Shown: positions 49,144 to 52,058 of the stretch, in pieces
How positions within the stretch are numbered: position 1 is the stretch's first letter
Layout of the letters: every line of letters starts with the position of its first letter
Sequence record: SRR20825010_3505
DNA: 52,058 bases
Strand: one strand, 5' to 3'
Made by a program: the position numbers and the translations under genes
Notes under the pieces: generated by a model
The model's database searches: none
What the model saw: only the letters and a program-made list of their open reading frames with translations
Told to the model about the DNA's origin: nothing

Positions 49144-49821
49144 TTACAAAGGCTCTACTTGCCAGTGATCCAATTCCATCGGAACGCTGCGTCCGAAGAT
49201 GTTGATGATCACCGTCACGCGGCCGTTGGCTTCGTCGACCACATCGACTTCGCCTTCTTGGTTTTCGAAGTTGCCTTCTTTGACACGAACGCGGTCGCCG
49301 ACTTTGAAAGGAATCGCCGTTTTGATCGGAGTTTCGTCTTCGTCGTCGACGGCGGGACGATTGATGAATCGCTCCACGTCTTCCGGTTCCATCGGCTGGG
49401 GCTTTCCAGCCGAACCGGTGAAATCGCTGATCCCGCCGACTTCACGAACGAGGAACCAGGTGTCGTCGTTGATCGACATGTACACCATGATGTAACCGGG
49501 CAGCAGTTTTCGTTTGCTGACGCGGCGTTTTCCATCGCGGGTGAATGTGGCGACGTCCTCGGAAGGCACCACAATGTCGCCGAAGTACTCACCCATGTCT
49601 TCCATGCGAACCTTCTTGCGAAGGGCTTCTGCGATGGAATCTTCGCGGTTGAACGCGACTTTCAGGATGTACCAATCCATGGGGGACTCATCGTCCACTT
49701 CTGGTTTGGGCGGCGCGTTGGGATCAACGGGAGCCGGAGGCGGGGGCGCGGGAGCTTCCGAAGCGGCGGGAGAGGCTTCGGTTTCTGGCGAGTCGACGTC
49801 TTTCACGTCTTCATCACTCAC
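49144..49821 (-). CDS. nusG: Transcription termination/antitermination factor NusG
   Basis: WYILKV, LPGYIMV, KOW motif FKVGDRVRVKEGNF, IFGRSVP; GTG start overlaps the secE stop. Confidence 0.97.
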   Translation of the reverse strand: MSDEDVKDVDSPETEASPAASEAPAPPPPAPVDPNAPPKPEVDDESPMDWYILKVAFNREDSIAEALRKKVRMEDMGEYFGDIVVPSEDVATFTRDGKRRVSKRKLLPGYIMVYMSINDDTWFLVREVGGISDFTGSAGKPQPMEPEDVERFINRPAVDDEDETPIKTAIPFKVGDRVRVKEGNFENQEGEVDVVDEANGRVTVIINIFGRSVPMELDHWQVEPL

Positions 49822-50276
49822 GATGTTACCCCGATGAAGTTAAAGATGAATTGCCAGAGAACATCGAACAGGAACAATGTGATGGCAAGGAAGAAGATAG
49901 TGAAAATCACGACCACGGAAGCCCGGATCAATTCATCCTTGCTTGGCCAAGTCACCTTGTTCATTTCCGCTTCGACGGCGATTAGGAAATCGGCGAATCG
50001 AGGCCAGTTGACGACACGGAATCCGAACCACAGACCAGCAGCCAGCAAGGCGGCCGGGATGGCACGTGCGGCGAGGGAGGATTCTCCCATGGCCGAAGGC
50101 AGGAACGAATACAAACGCCAGCAACCCAACGCAACGATCACCCAAACGGCGAGGGCCGTCAGTTGGCGAACGATCCGGCCTTGGTTGGCTTTGTACACAC
50201 CAGCATGGAACAGTTCGCTGCTCAGCGAACTGCCTCCGGCGCCGGCCGTGCCGGATTGGGTTAGATCTTTGGACAC
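49818..50276 (-). CDS. secE: Preprotein translocase subunit SecE (three TM segments)
   Basis: FLIAVEAEMNKVTWPS motif; lies between tRNA-Trp and nusG. Confidence 0.95.
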   Translation of the reverse strand: MSKDLTQSGTAGAGGSSLSSELFHAGVYKANQGRIVRQLTALAVWVIVALGCWRLYSFLPSAMGESSLAARAIPAALLAAGLWFGFRVVNWPRFADFLIAVEAEMNKVTWPSKDELIRASVVVIFTIFFLAITLFLFDVLWQFIFNFIGVTS

Positions 50277-50397
50277 CCGTGGACTCCTTCGTGAATTGAT
50301 TCTGGTGTTGAGCCAAATTGGTCATGGGCCAGTTTGCTCAGACCTCTACCGCGGTCACATCCTATTGATCGCGGGGGCAAACCAGAATTCTGGACAG

Positions 50398-50470
50398 CAG
50401 GGGCGGCGAGAGTCGAACTCACAACCGCTGGTTTTGGAAACCAGTGCTCTGCCAATTGAGCTACGCCCCT
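50398..50470 (-). tRNA. tRNA-Trp (CCA)
   Basis: Minus strand AGGGGCGTAGCTCAATTGGCAGAGCACTGGTTTCCAAAACCAGCGGTTGTGAGTTCGACTCTCGCCGCCCCTG; 3' CCA not encoded. Confidence 0.97.
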
Positions 50471-50477
50471 GAAACAA

Positions 50478-50512
50478 CGATAAGCTACTAGCTATCAGCT
50501 ACCAGCTTATCG
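50478..50512. repeat. 7-nt AGCT-containing tandem repeat bounded by a 9-bp inverted repeat (tuf-tRNA-Trp spacer)
   Basis: CGATAAGCT ACTAGCT ATCAGCT ACC AGCTTATCG. Confidence 0.6.
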
Positions 50513-50540
50513 CTTACAAGCAACTTTCTGCAAACGCAGA

Positions 50541-51737
50541 TTATTCGAGAATCTTGGTCACAACACCTGAACCAACGGTACGGCCGCCTTCGCGAATAGC
50601 GAAGCGAACACCGTCATCCATTGCGATTGGCTTGTGCAATTCAACTTCAACCTTGACGTTATCGCCAGGCATGCACATGTCGGCACCGACCAAGTTGGCC
50701 GTTCCGGTGACGTCAGTCGTGCGGAAGTAGAACTGAGGACGGTAACCGCTGAAGAATGGCGTGTGACGGCCACCTTCGTCTTTGCTCAAGCAGTAAACTT
50801 CTGCTTCGAACTTGGTGTGAGGCGTGATGCTGCCTGGCTTTGCCAGAACTTGACCACGTTGGATGTCTTCGCGTTTAACACCACGAAGCAAGCAACCAAC
50901 GTTGTCGCCCGAACGACCTTCGTTCATTTCCTTGCGGAACATTTCAACGCCGGTGCAGGTGGTCTTGGTCGAGTTTGGACCAAGGCCGATGATTTCGACT
51001 TCTTCGCCGACCTTCACGACACCACGCTCGATACGTCCGGTAGCAACCGTACCACGACCTTCGATCGAGAAGACGTCTTCGATCGCCATCAGGAATGGCT
51101 TGTCGTCTTCACGGGTAGGCTCAGGAATGTGCGAGTCAAGTGCTTCCATCAACTCAGTGATGCACTTGCTGGCTTCTGGATCGCTTGGGTTGTTGTAAGC
51201 AGGCAGCGAGCTACCACGAACGACAGGAACGTCGTCGCCTGGGTAGTCGTACTTGCTGAGCAATTCGCGAACTTCGAGTTCGACGAGTTCGAGCAATTCT
51301 TCGTCGTCGACCAAGTCGCACTTGTTCAAGTATACAACGATGTAAGGAACGCCAACCTGGCGACCGAGCAACACGTGTTCCTTGGTTTGTGGCATTGGGC
51401 CGTCTGCTGCCGACACAACCAAAATCGCACCGTCCATTTGGGCGGCACCGGTGATCATGTTCTTGACAAAGTCAGCGTGGCCGGGGCAATCGATGTGAGC
51501 GTAGTGACGATTTTCACTTTCGTACTCAACGTGAGCGACCGCAATGGTCACAGTCTTCGTTGCATCACGGACAGTACCGCCCTTGGCGATATCAGAGTAA
51601 CCCTTCGCTTGTGCCAAGCCCTTAGCGGCTTGAACAGCGAGGATAGCACCCGTCGTCGTCGTTTTTCCGTGGTCAATGTGACCAATCGTACCTACGTTGA
51701 CGTGGGGCTTGGTACGTTCAAATTTGTCCTTAGCCAT
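50541..51737 (-). CDS. tuf: Elongation factor Tu
   Basis: [47 protein letters not shown]. Confidence 0.99.
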   Translation of the reverse strand: MAKDKFERTKPHVNVGTIGHIDHGKTTTTGAILAVQAAKGLAQAKGYSDIAKGGTVRDATKTVTIAVAHVEYESENRHYAHIDCPGHADFVKNMITGAAQMDGAILVVSAADGPMPQTKEHVLLGRQVGVPYIVVYLNKCDLVDDEELLELVELEVRELLSKYDYPGDDVPVVRGSSLPAYNNPSDPEASKCITELMEALDSHIPEPTREDDKPFLMAIEDVFSIEGRGTVATGRIERGVVKVGEEVEIIGLGPNSTKTTCTGVEMFRKEMNEGRSGDNVGCLLRGVKREDIQRGQVLAKPGSITPHTKFEAEVYCLSKDEGGRHTPFFSGYRPQFYFRTTDVTGTANLVGADMCMPGDNVKVEVELHKPIAMDDGVRFAIREGGRTVGSGVVTKILE

Positions 51738-51954
51738 TCTGGTTCACCTGCATTCGCGATCCGCACCACTGTTCTCGGGGAGATACGCTCCTCGAAAACC
51801 CTTGCTGCCGTCGACCGCGTTCACACCCACGGTTACTCGCCGGCAATTCGGCCGTGTTGATCGCATTCGATCTACTTGAAAATCGAAACGAAACAAAAAC
51901 GATGTTGCACTCAAAATCAGCTCCCCAGTGGGAACTCAACTTTGAGCGACTTGA

Positions 51955-52026
51955 AGCTGCTGATGGGATTTGAACCCATGACCTCATCCTTACCAAGGAG
52001 GCGCTCTACCCCTGAGCTACAGCAGC
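51955..52026 (-). tRNA. tRNA-Thr (GGT)
   Basis: Minus strand GCTGCTGTAGCTCAGGGGTAGAGCGCCTCCTTGGTAAGGATGAGGTCATGGGTTCAAATCCCATCAGCAGCT. Confidence 0.96.
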
Positions 52027-52028
52027 GA

Positions 52029-52058
52029 AGCGGGTGAAGGGAATCGAACCCTCGTATT
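52029..52058 (-). tRNA. 3' part of a tRNA, probably tRNA-Gly (truncated by window edge)
   Basis: T-arm and acceptor strand GAGGGTTCGATTCCCTTCACCCGCT; the anticodon is outside the window, and Gly is inferred from sequence and the usual Gly-Thr-tuf order. Confidence 0.8.

Noticed and set aside
49159-50472. 437-aa plus-strand ORF
   Set aside because: Antisense to nusG, secE and tRNA-Trp; shadow ORF.
50634-51860. 408-aa plus-strand ORF
   Set aside because: Antisense to tuf; consequence of codon bias.

Overview
Planctomycete DNA, most likely Rhodopirellula. This is inferred from a PVC-type heme protein, ECF sigma/Ser-Thr kinase pairs, a duplicated UvrA and NPYxSP-motif small proteins. Most of the window is housekeeping: asparaginase, trpE, mcsA-mcsB, tandem uvrA, topA, rsmG, cysD-cysNC, dcp, rsmD, msrB, and the tRNA-Gly/tRNA-Thr/tuf/tRNA-Trp/secE/nusG/rplK block, which is not followed by rplA. 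The most interesting region is 32.6-44.7 kb. Two ECF sigma factor/membrane Ser-Thr kinase pairs lie beside five uncharacterised exported-protein genes, and four of those five are preceded by the same bipartite motif, GTAAC-N16-CGCTT(A/G)G, which looks like an ECF promoter. One of them encodes a protein with a signal peptide, an acidic middle region and a 63-aa Tyr/His/Arg-rich C-terminal peptide bracketed by two Cys; a secreted trypsin-like protease is encoded nearby. Together these suggest an undescribed kinase/ECF-controlled system for secreting a peptide or matrix component (inference). A small accessory patch at 7.6-9.0 kb holds GTAG-type REP-like palindromes and a HEPN-motif orphan gene. 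All calls come from reading the sequence; no searches were run.
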